Positions 1-7,919 of a stretch of 61,514 nucleotides of DNA are shown one piece after another. The translations under genes and the position numbers were made by a program. The notes beneath the pieces are model-generated. The model was not told where the DNA came from. It did not search any database and saw only the letters and a list, made by a program, of their open reading frames with translations. This DNA comes from Acidimicrobiaceae bacterium (GTDB lineage Bacteria; Actinomycetota; Acidimicrobiia; Acidimicrobiales; Bog-793). Each line of letters starts with the position of its first letter. Position 1 is the stretch's first letter. The stretch spans positions 1 through 61,514 of the forward strand of contig PLIM01000101.1 of NCBI GenBank assembly GCA_003139355.1, given 5' to 3'.

Positions 1-86
1 TGCGTAATGGCCGGCCACACCGCTTCGAGCTGGTAGTGGTGCCCTGACCCTGACCCCGCTTGCCCCTCTCGCGCTCTCGGATTCGA

Positions 87-791
87 TCAAGGAACAAGCG
101 ATCTGGCGAGCTCGCCTGTGACGAGTCGCGTGACTGACGGCTGCCCGAGACTGTTGAGAGCCCAATCGAGCCAGCTGGTCTCACCGTCGTACCAACGGTC
201 CGGACGCAGGACGAGATGGTCAGGCAGGGCAATCTTGCGCGCCTGGTGCACTGGTATGACGAACGTCCGTCGCCGGCGACCCCCTGGAAGACGACGTTCC
301 AAGGCAGCCGCGCCCGTTGCTTGCTCCACGACACCGTGCTGTCGTCGCTGAGGCACCCAGTCCGGCTCGGCGCCGTGACTGATCACCACACCCTCGATAT
401 GACGATAGTTACCCAGCTCGGCATTCACGTTGTGGCGAAGCGTGCTGAGCTGCTGTTCAATCGACCAGTGGACCGCAGGGGTGAGCTGCAGCAGTCCGCC
501 ACTCTCGTCGATGCGGATCCAGCTCGAACCGGCGCACGAAGTTGCCTCGGCCTTTTGATGAAGGCGCACAGCAAATCGCGGCCACAAGTCCCGTGGAAGC
601 ATCGGTCCCTCGTGGATCACGTCTTCGATCCGTTCGCCGGCCGGGTATGCGACCACCGACGCGAAGCCAACGTCAGCCTCGCAACGCTTGCCCTGTTCTG
701 CGGCAGTGCGCGCCGTTTCATCCATGGCTGTGACGAACTGCTTGAGCTGGTTCGCATCGAAGACGCAGGTCTCGCGGATTACGCACTGCAC
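87..791 (-). CDS. hypothetical protein (234 aa), distal gene of a two-gene cassette next to tRNA-Gly
   Basis: ORF with a GTG start that overlaps the stop of the upstream ORF by 13 nt. Local GC is ~60% versus ~68% elsewhere. No family motif recognised. Confidence 0.55.
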   Translation of the reverse strand: MQCVIRETCVFDANQLKQFVTAMDETARTAAEQGKRCEADVGFASVVAYPAGERIEDVIHEGPMLPRDLWPRFAVRLHQKAEATSCAGSSWIRIDESGGLLQLTPAVHWSIEQQLSTLRHNVNAELGNYRHIEGVVISHGAEPDWVPQRRQHGVVEQATGAAALERRLPGGRRRRTFVIPVHQARKIALPDHLVLRPDRWYDGETSWLDWALNSLGQPSVTRLVTGELARSLVP

Positions 792-1363
792 CGGGTACCG
801 GTGCTCGATCGCTGTTGGGCGAACACCGCCTCACTCTGGCGATCGATCGCTCTGGACTCTCGGTCCATCCCCTGCGTCGTGACCTCGACAACGTGCGAGA
901 TACTGCCCTTGGAGAAGCGCAAGTCGGGTAGATGCCCATCGGTTGTTGCGACCTCGCTCTCGACGCGCCAGCGGTCTCGTACCGCCAATCCGATCACTTC
1001 GAGAACAACGTCGAGATGATCGAACTCGTTCGGGCTCGCCGACCGGCGGATGCCATTGGGTCCTTCAGTCAGCCCGATACGTACGTCTTCGGGGAGTAGC
1101 GCGATCCTTGCAGCTCGTTCGATGTGGCGAACGAGAGCGACTGGGCTCGACAACGGCCAGTCGTAAAGGGACGACATGACCGGAACTGACCGCCGTCTGG
1201 CACACTCGGCGAACCAGCCGTCACCATAGAAGTCGGCGACGACGTCCGTCGCCCACTGCACTAAATCGCGACCTTCGGGCTGAACAGCGACCCTCTCAAT
1301 CGGTCCAGCCCAATCCGCCCAACAGGTCAACTCCTCCGGTGGCCATCGGTCGTCATCTTCCAC
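779..1363 (-). CDS. hypothetical protein (194 aa), proximal gene of the cassette
   Basis: ORF with a GTG start. The C-terminal stretch HLPDLRF..HVVEVTTQ loosely resembles a PD-(D/E)xK nuclease core, but the Lys is missing, so no call is made. Confidence 0.5.
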   Translation of the reverse strand: MEDDDRWPPEELTCWADWAGPIERVAVQPEGRDLVQWATDVVADFYGDGWFAECARRRSVPVMSSLYDWPLSSPVALVRHIERAARIALLPEDVRIGLTEGPNGIRRSASPNEFDHLDVVLEVIGLAVRDRWRVESEVATTDGHLPDLRFSKGSISHVVEVTTQGMDRESRAIDRQSEAVFAQQRSSTGTRCSA

Positions 1364-1553
1364 AGGCCGAGTGTGTCACGAGGCTCCATCACTCAGTCGG
1401 CCAGTTCCTCGGACCCAGTTCCAGCGATCGCCCCGTCTGCGACCAACCGGCCTCCGTGGCGAGGCTTGCCCAACAGAGCCGAGCCAAGAGGGGGCCGCGA
1501 CCCTCACGCGTGAAAACAATGGTTCGCCAGCCGCGTTCGGCGAAAAAAGTTCG

Positions 1554-1578
1554 GCAAATGTGGTGCAAATGTGGTGCA
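1554..1578. repeat. tandem direct repeat, 2.3 copies of the 11-mer GCAAATGTGGT
   Basis: Read directly: gcaaatgtggt gcaaatgtggt gca. It lies in an AT-richer spacer between the cassette start (1363) and the tRNA 3' end (1647). Confidence 0.8.
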
Positions 1579-1646
1579 CGGCGCCCCTGGACGCGCCACG
1601 AGGGGCCGATTTCAGCCCCCCGCACGGCCGTGACCTGGACTTTCTT

Positions 1647-1721
1647 TGGAGCGGACGACGGGATTCGAACCCGCGACCCTCACCTTGGCAAGGTGATGCT
1701 CTACCACTGAGCCACGTCCGC
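1647..1721 (-). tRNA. tRNA-Gly (anticodon GCC), CCA encoded
   Basis: The reverse complement folds as a cloverleaf. Acceptor is GCGGACG/CGTCCGC, D arm GCTC-AGTGGTA-GAGC, anticodon stem TCACC/GGTGA with loop TTGCCAA, and T arm GCGGG-TTCGAAT-CCCGT, followed by TCCA. Confidence 0.93.
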
Positions 1722-1819
1722 GTGCCGCCGAATCTTACCAAGCCTCTCGCAGGTTCTCACTCACGCATCCGACTGGCCTAACCGGGCCTGGCTGGACCGG
1801 GACTGGCCTGGCCTCCTGG

Positions 1820-3253
1820 TCACGAGATCCCCGGATCGGCGTCGGCTCGGCGCCGCAACCGAACGATGGCCAGGAGCTCGTCAAGGCTCTCGACGATCAT
1901 CCTCGGAAGAGCCGCGATGTCGGGCACGGACTCCCTGCAGCCGCTGAGCCCGAAGCACGCAGTGCCGTAGTAGCTCATCACTGTCATGTTGAGCCCTGCA
2001 CCGTCGATGACCGGTCCGAGGGGATACATCCCAACCACACGCGCTCCGGCCAGGAACAAAGGAAACCGGGGTCCGGGGATATTCGAGATCGTGACATTGA
2101 ACACCGGCCGTACGCGATCGAACACCCGTGTCGAGGAGATCAGGCGGGCCGCACGGCCGATGAGAGCGGGAAACGTGAACTCCGTCCAGTCGGTCAGCAC
2201 GTCCATCCCGATCAGAGACTCCTGAGCCTTGGCCTCAGACATCGCGGCAGAGATCGCACGCAAGCGCTCGACGGGATCCGCAATGTCGGTCGCGAGCGAG
2301 GTGAGCATGGCCGAGAGCCGATTCCCGCCGCTCAGCCTCTCCTCGTCGGCTCTCAGCGACACCGGCACGAAACCGACGAGCGGCTCTTCGGGAAGCTCGC
2401 CCTGCGCAAGCAGATACCGTCTCAGTGCGCCAGCGCAAAGTGCCAGCACGACATCATTGACCGTGCATTTGAAATGTTTCCTGACCGCCTTCAGGTCCTC
2501 GAGCGCCACCTCGCCGAAGGCGACGCGTCTGTGGGAGGTGATCGCCTGGTTGAACGAGGTCCTCGGTGCGCTGAAGGGCGACGGAGGAGGCGGGACTCCC
2601 GAATCGCGGTTGTGCTCTGAGACAAGCAGCGCGGCCTCTGCCCAACGCCCTGCCGCTCTCATCGCTTTGACAGGGCTGGAGGCGAGCTGTGCCCACGCAG
2701 CAACCAGGAGGTCGATCTCGTTGGGAACGCGTTCGGGCTGCCAGTCGTCCTCCTCGTCGAGTTCAGGCGGCGGATCTGGCTCCGGGTCGAGCCAGGAAGC
2801 GGTGAGCTCGGCCCCCGAGACTCCGTCGATCGCCGCGTGGTGCATCTTCACCACGATCGCCTGGAGGCCGCCTTCGAGGCCTTCCACAAGGCATATCTCC
2901 CACAAGGGACGCCGCCGGTCCAGAGGTTGCCCAACCATCTGACCCACGAGCTCCTCGAGCTCCGACCGACCACCGGGCGACGGCAGACACGCCCGGCGCA
3001 CGTGGTAATCGAGGTCGAATTCCGGATCCTCGATCCACACCGGGTGCGCGAGGCGAAACGGCATCTCGACAAGACGACGCCGGAACGGCGCCGCGTAGTG
3101 CAGGCGCCGCGCGACCATGGCTCGCACTTTGGCGAAGGAGAAGCCCGCCGGCGCAGTCGTGGGGTCGAGCAGGAACACCCCGGTCAGGTGCATGTGGTTG
3201 GTGGGCGTCTCCATGTAGACGAACATGGAATCGACCCCGCTCAGCCTTTGCAC
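1820..3253 (-). CDS. wax ester synthase/diacylglycerol acyltransferase (WS/DGAT) family protein
   Basis: 477 aa. Has the catalytic HHxxxDG motif (HHAAIDGVSG) and the typical N-terminus MQRLSGVDSMFVYMETP. Confidence 0.9.
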   Translation of the reverse strand: MQRLSGVDSMFVYMETPTNHMHLTGVFLLDPTTAPAGFSFAKVRAMVARRLHYAAPFRRRLVEMPFRLAHPVWIEDPEFDLDYHVRRACLPSPGGRSELEELVGQMVGQPLDRRRPLWEICLVEGLEGGLQAIVVKMHHAAIDGVSGAELTASWLDPEPDPPPELDEEDDWQPERVPNEIDLLVAAWAQLASSPVKAMRAAGRWAEAALLVSEHNRDSGVPPPPSPFSAPRTSFNQAITSHRRVAFGEVALEDLKAVRKHFKCTVNDVVLALCAGALRRYLLAQGELPEEPLVGFVPVSLRADEERLSGGNRLSAMLTSLATDIADPVERLRAISAAMSEAKAQESLIGMDVLTDWTEFTFPALIGRAARLISSTRVFDRVRPVFNVTISNIPGPRFPLFLAGARVVGMYPLGPVIDGAGLNMTVMSYYGTACFGLSGCRESVPDIAALPRMIVESLDELLAIVRLRRRADADPGIS

Positions 3254-3349
3254 TTCACCTCGCTCTCCTCGTCCGAGAACCGGTTCAACTGTTGCCCACC
3301 TGGCCGCAGAGTTGGTGGCGCCCCGGTGTTCGGGGCCGACCGCGAGCCT

Positions 3350-3787
3350 TCACCGGCCGCTGTGACCGAGACCTCCCGCGCCGCGTTCGCTCGTTTCGAG
3401 GTGATCCACCGCCACGAAACGGGCCTTCTCCACGCGGCAGATCACCAGCTGGGCGATCCGATCTCCGCGGTGGACCTCGTAAGGCCTGGTGGGATCCGTG
3501 TTCACAAGTATGACCGCGACCTCGCCGCGGTAACCAGGGTCGATCAAGCCCGGCGCGTTCAGGCACGTGACCCCGTGCCGGGCAGCGAGCCCGCTCCGCG
3601 CCAGCACGAGGCCGGCATAGCCCTCGGGGATTCCGAGCGCTATCCCAGTGGCGATCGTCGCACGCCCACCACCCGGGGCGAGCACGGTGCCGGCTCTAGC
3701 GACCAGGTCACACCCGGCGTCACCGAGCCGCGCGTAGCTCGGGGCCGGAAGGTCCACGTCGAGTCGCACCAGTGAAATCTCGAGCAC
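3350..3787 (-). CDS. dut: dUTP diphosphatase
   Basis: Motifs GDAGCDL, GLIDPGYRGE and GDRIAQLV. The start is set at the in-frame GTG at 3787 (MLEISLVRLD), which matches the usual dUTPase N-terminus. The longest ORF reaches 3883. Confidence 0.9.
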   Translation of the reverse strand: MLEISLVRLDVDLPAPSYARLGDAGCDLVARAGTVLAPGGGRATIATGIALGIPEGYAGLVLARSGLAARHGVTCLNAPGLIDPGYRGEVAVILVNTDPTRPYEVHRGDRIAQLVICRVEKARFVAVDHLETSERGAGGLGHSGR

Positions 3788-3837
3788 GACAGCGCACCGT
3801 AGTGGAGCAGACCCGGTTCCAGGTACGATGCGCCTCG

Positions 3838-4455
3838 GTGCTCGCCTGGATGGATCTTGAGATGACCGGACTCGACCCAGCACGCAACGTCATTGTCGAG
3901 ATCGCCACCATCGTCACCGACGACGAGCTGAACATCGTCGCAGAAGGTCCCGACCTCGTCATCGGTGCGACACCCGAGCAGCTCGCGGACATGGAAGACA
4001 TCGTGCGCAGGATGCACACGACAAGTGGGCTGCTCACCGCGATCGGAAGGTCCACCGTGACGGTGGACTATGCCGCCGCGGCCACGCTCGAGTTCGTCAA
4101 GTCACACCTCCCCACCTCGGGCGTAGTTCCGCTGTGCGGGAATTCGATCGCGATGGACCGTCGTTTCCTGAGGCACTACATGCCGGCCCTCGACGAGTAC
4201 TTCCACTACCGCACGATCGACGTCTCCACCGTGAAGGAGCTTTGCAAGCGCTGGTATCACGACCTGTACGCGGCGCGACCCCAGAAGATGACCGCGCACC
4301 GGGCACTCGACGACATCCGCGAAAGCGTCGCCGAGCTCGTCTACTACCGCGAGCACCTCTTGCGCACGCCGGCGGAGATGCAAGCGCGCGCCGCGGTAGC
4401 GGGTGCAGGCGCGAGCACCGGGACCGAGGCATCCTCGGCCGGAGAGCCGTCCTAG
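3838..4455 (+). CDS. orn: oligoribonuclease
   Basis: DEDDh exonuclease motifs WMDLEMTGLD, CGNSI..DRRFL and HRALDDIRESV. The start is set at GTG 3838. The longest ORF start (3772) would overlap dut. Confidence 0.9.
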   Translation: MLAWMDLEMTGLDPARNVIVEIATIVTDDELNIVAEGPDLVIGATPEQLADMEDIVRRMHTTSGLLTAIGRSTVTVDYAAAATLEFVKSHLPTSGVVPLCGNSIAMDRRFLRHYMPALDEYFHYRTIDVSTVKELCKRWYHDLYAARPQKMTAHRALDDIRESVAELVYYREHLLRTPAEMQARAAVAGAGASTGTEASSAGEPS

Positions 4456-4606
4456 CCCGCTGCGATTGCCGGCAGCGGTGCAACAAGCCACTCCAGCTGC
4501 GTCACGATGAGCTCTCAGCATGAGGCTTTCTTCTCGTGAGCGGCGGGTACCCGCTCGTCTGGGACCACGATCTCGTGCCCGGGCGCGTCCCACGTCGTTC
4601 AGCGAT

Positions 4607-5120
4607 CTACCCCTCGACCCGGTCGAGCACGGCCCGCGCGTCTGCTGACCACTCTCGAGCAGCTCCTCGGTATGAGAGAAGCCCTGCCACAGGATCTCCT
4701 TGACACCGGACTGCTCCAAGACGATGACGTCGACGTCGGCCGGAACAGTGGCAAGGTCCGGGCGAAGTCACGCGCGTATCGACGACCCGAAAGCGACGAG
4801 CAAGGCCTCACAAGGTCGCCCGTATTCGATCGGACCGGAGTTGACACCGCCGCACACAAGGACATGGATCCACCGCGCACCTGCGGCCGGCGCCGCCGAC
4901 AACGGGGTGTTGTCGACCACGTCCCCGTCGATGCAACGATTGGCGTCGCGCTCGACGGCCGGGAAGATGGCCGGCAGCGCAGCCGGTGCAAGGACGACCT
5001 CGAAGCCTCTACGGTGCTCTCGTGGGCGCCCCTTCGGGTTTCATGATCCTGGATCTGACGCCAGGCGTCGCGCCACGGCGATCGGTCCGCGGGCAGACCA
5101 AAGTGACGCTCTGGTTCATG
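4607..5120 (-). pseudogene. patatin-like phospholipase remnant (C-terminal half only, several frameshifts)
   Basis: Patatin-like peptides lie in three different minus-strand frames. These are APAALPAIFPAVERDANRCIDGDVVDNTPLS..WIHVLVCGG, then ADVDVIVLEQSGVKEILWQGFSHTEELLESG, then ADARAVLDRVEG-stop at 4607. No start codon and no GxSxG region were found. Confidence 0.45.
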
Positions 5121-5261
5121 CGCTCGGCCGCCGGGCTCGCGAACGGGCTCGTCGACTTCAAGATCGCGGCAACAGACGAGACCTGGTCCGGACTCCGTTT
5201 CGCTCTTGTCTCGAACCGGCCGGATCGTGCCGGGCCCGATTCTGAGCGCTAGGCCGCCGCC

Positions 5262-5969
5262 ATGACCGATCATCACGAGACAGCTGTGCGGGTGCTTCGT
5301 GTGTTCACCGACGAGACCGGCCGCCACGGCAACGCACTCGGAGTGATCGACGGTGCGCTGGTCGACCAGGACGACCGACAACGCGTCGCGCACGAGCTCG
5401 GGTTCAGCGAGACGATCTTCATCGACGACTACGCCACAGGCGAGTTGCGCGTCTTCACGCCAGCTGCCGAGCTCCCGCTCGCTGGCCATCCGCTCGTCGG
5501 CGCCGCCTGGCTCCTCCTGGGCGAGCCCGCCGCCCCAACGGTGCTCGAGCTGCGGCCTCCGGGCGGGCTGGTGCGCTCTTGGGCCGATGCGAACGACAGA
5601 ACATGGATCGAGGCGCCGCTCGGCACCTTGCCGGACTGGACGCTCGTCCAGCTGGGCTCGCCGGCCGCGATTGAGGGCCTCTCCGGGCCTCTGCAGCCCG
5701 ACCACGATCACGTCGTCTGCTGGGCCTTCATCGAGACCGGAGTCCTGCGGGTGCGCTGTTTCGCGCCCCGTTTCGGGATCGCCGAAGATGAAGCAACCGG
5801 TTCGGCGGCTCTCCTGCTCACGGCACTGCTCGAACAGCCGATCGAGATCCGCCAGGGCAAGGGCTCTCTGTTGTGCGCACGCCCGGTTGACGCCAGCCGG
5901 GCGGCCGTTGGTGGCCTGGTCGTCGAAGACGAGCCGCTCCACCTCGTGGCACAGTCACCGGCTGACTGA
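5262..5969 (+). CDS. PhzF-family isomerase-like protein
   Basis: 235 aa with PhzF-like segments VFTDETGRHGNALGV, GFSETIFI and VFTPAAELPLAGHPLVGAAW. Confidence 0.8.
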   Translation: MTDHHETAVRVLRVFTDETGRHGNALGVIDGALVDQDDRQRVAHELGFSETIFIDDYATGELRVFTPAAELPLAGHPLVGAAWLLLGEPAAPTVLELRPPGGLVRSWADANDRTWIEAPLGTLPDWTLVQLGSPAAIEGLSGPLQPDHDHVVCWAFIETGVLRVRCFAPRFGIAEDEATGSAALLLTALLEQPIEIRQGKGSLLCARPVDASRAAVGGLVVEDEPLHLVAQSPAD

Positions 5970-6058
5970 CGACAGCCGAACTGCCTGTTTATGAATTGTT
6001 AACGGTTCGCGCCGAGAAATTTACGTCCTGTTGACGCGGCTCGCTCCATGCTGGCTGC

Positions 6059-6142
6059 ATGGCTGATCTTCTTGCAGTACTGGGCACGTTGGCGTTCGTG
6101 CTCGTCTTCTTCGGCTTGATCTGGGCACTGGAACGGGTATGA
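6059..6142 (+). CDS. 27-aa hydrophobic peptide preceding kdpF (KdpF-like?)
   Basis: MADLLAVLGTLAFVLVFFGLIWALERV. Its stop overlaps the kdpF ATG (ATGA). No clear Shine-Dalgarno sequence. Confidence 0.4.
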   Translation: MADLLAVLGTLAFVLVFFGLIWALERV

Positions 6143-6228
6143 CCGCCGTCCAGGTCGTGCTGCTCGTCGTCTCGGTGCTGGTGTTCATCTACCTCGGCAT
6201 CGCCATGTTCAAGCCGGAGTGGTTCTGA
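6139..6228 (+). CDS. kdpF: K+-transporting ATPase subunit F
   Basis: 29-aa single-TM peptide MTAVQVVLLVVSVLVFIYLGIAMFKPEWF with a KdpF-like C-terminus. Its stop overlaps the kdpA ATG at 6228. Confidence 0.7.
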   Translation: MTAVQVVLLVVSVLVFIYLGIAMFKPEWF

Positions 6229-7919
6229 TGCAATTCTTCTGGACGCTCGTCGCCCTCGTGGTGGTGTTGGGCCTCGCGTGGCGATTCCTCGGCTCGTACA
6301 TGGCCGCTGTCTTCGAGGGCCGGGTGCACTGGCTCGGCTGGCTCGAACGCCCCGTGTACGCGGCCCTCGGCACCAGTCCCGAACAGGAACAGAGTTGGAA
6401 GCGTTACGCCGGCTCCCTGATCGTCTTCTCCGCTGTGTCGATCCTCCTCACCTACTTGATCATCCGGACCCAGGGCTCGCTTCCTCTCAACCCGCAGCAC
6501 CTCGGGGCCGTGTCACCCGCCTTGTCGTATAACACGGCAGTCTCGTTCGTAACGAACACGAACTGGCAGAACTATGACGGCGAGTCGACGATGACGTACA
6601 TGTCGCAGATGGCCGCTCTCACTGTTCAGCAGTTCGTGAGCATGGCCGTGGGAGTCGCTGTGGCCATCGCCCTAGTGCGCGGCTTCGCACGCCGCAACTC
6701 TCCGACGATCGGCAACTTCTGGGTGGACATCACGCGCTGCTTGCTCTACATCGAGCTGCCCATCGCCTTCGTCTTCGGGCTCATCTTCGTCGGCCAGGGC
6801 GCTGTTCAGACCCTGAGCGGCCCCGTGCACATCCACGACATCTTGAACAACATGACCCAGGTAATCGCCCTCGGCCCGGTCGGCTTCATGGAGGTCATCA
6901 AGGAGCTCGGTACCAACGGTGGCGGGTTCTTCAATGCAAACGGCGCGCACCCCTTCGAGAACCCGACAGGGCTCACCAACTTCATCTCGATCGTCTTGCT
7001 GTTATGCGTCGGCTTCTCCCTCACCTACACCTTCGGCAAGATGGTAGGAAGCATCCGCCAGGGCGTTGCGTTGCTGGCCGCCATGGTGATCCTCTTCAGC
7101 GCCTGGGTCGGCTTCTCCTCCTACTCCGAGCACGTCGGGAACCCTGCGGTCGCCGCGGCGGGCATCAAGAGCCAGCCCACCGGCAACATGGAAGGCAAAG
7201 AAGCCCGCTTCGGCGGCACCCAGTCGGCCCTCTACGACATCGCGTCGACGCAGACCTCGACCGGCAGCGTCGACGGATCCAACGACTCCTACACCGCAAT
7301 GGGCGGCTTCGGGCTGATAACCGGCATGATGCTCGGCGAGGTCTCACCGGGAGGCGACGGCAGCGGCCTATACACGATCCTCATCTACGCCATCATCGCG
7401 GTGTTCATCGGCGGGTTGATGATCGGGCGAACGCCGGAGTACATCCGTAAGAAAATCCAGGCCAAGGAAGTGAAGCTGGCGGGCTTGGGCGCTCTTGTCA
7501 TGCCGATCATCGTTCTCATCCTGGCCGGTATCGCCGTCTCGGTCGCCGAGGGCCGTGCGGGCCCGCTAAATGGTGGACCGCACGGGTTCACCGAGATCCT
7601 CTACGCCCTGGTCTCTCAGGCCAACAACAACGGCTCGGCGTTCGCAGGCCTTACGGGCAACACGCAGTTCTACAACGTCATAGGGAGCATCGACATGCTC
7701 GTCGGACGCTTCGGCATCATGATCCCGGCACTCGCACTGGCAGGATCACTGGCGAAAAAGGGTGCCGTCGCAGAGTCCCTCGGCACCTTCAGAACCGACA
7801 ACGGCATGTTCGTCGGGCTCGTGATCGGCGTCATCCTGATCATCGGTGGCCTCACCTTCTTTCCCGCCGTCTCGCTCGGCCCGATCGTCGAGCAGCTCAT
7901 CCACAGCAAGTTCTTCTGA
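6228..7919 (+). CDS. kdpA: potassium-transporting ATPase subunit A
   Basis: ~563-aa polytopic protein with a KdpA-like sequence throughout. Located in the kdpFABC order, and its stop overlaps the kdpB ATG. Confidence 0.95.
   Translation: MQFFWTLVALVVVLGLAWRFLGSYMAAVFEGRVHWLGWLERPVYAALGTSPEQEQSWKRYAGSLIVFSAVSILLTYLIIRTQGSLPLNPQHLGAVSPALSYNTAVSFVTNTNWQNYDGESTMTYMSQMAALTVQQFVSMAVGVAVAIALVRGFARRNSPTIGNFWVDITRCLLYIELPIAFVFGLIFVGQGAVQTLSGPVHIHDILNNMTQVIALGPVGFMEVIKELGTNGGGFFNANGAHPFENPTGLTNFISIVLLLCVGFSLTYTFGKMVGSIRQGVALLAAMVILFSAWVGFSSYSEHVGNPAVAAAGIKSQPTGNMEGKEARFGGTQSALYDIASTQTSTGSVDGSNDSYTAMGGFGLITGMMLGEVSPGGDGSGLYTILIYAIIAVFIGGLMIGRTPEYIRKKIQAKEVKLAGLGALVMPIIVLILAGIAVSVAEGRAGPLNGGPHGFTEILYALVSQANNNGSAFAGLTGNTQFYNVIGSIDMLVGRFGIMIPALALAGSLAKKGAVAESLGTFRTDNGMFVGLVIGVILIIGGLTFFPAVSLGPIVEQLIHSKFF

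Noticed and set aside
79-88. Possible att repeat of the tRNA-Gly T-arm (GGATTCGA)
   Set aside because: Only 8-9 nt match, which is too short to distinguish from chance in 61 kb. No integrase is visible.
1554-1578. Possible CRISPR-like or iteron array
   Set aside because: There are only 2.3 adjacent copies of an 11-mer with no spacers, so it is not a CRISPR array.
2229-2942. Ser-rich 237-aa plus-strand ORF
   Set aside because: It is antisense to the WS/DGAT gene and is low-complexity.
3772-3837. Longest-ORF start of orn (GTG 3772)
   Set aside because: It would overlap the dut start on the opposite strand and add an Arg-rich extension that is absent from the typical Orn N-terminus.
4599-5942. 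447-aa minus-strand ORF
   Set aside because: Arg/Pro/Ser-rich shadow frame. It runs antisense to the motif-supported PhzF-like gene and crosses the patatin remnant out of frame.
5970-6058. c-di-AMP (ydaO-type) riboswitch upstream of the kdp operon
   Set aside because: The spacer is only ~90 nt and I see no extended pseudo-symmetric structure. It is more likely a plain promoter or operator region (TTGACG, GTTAAC).
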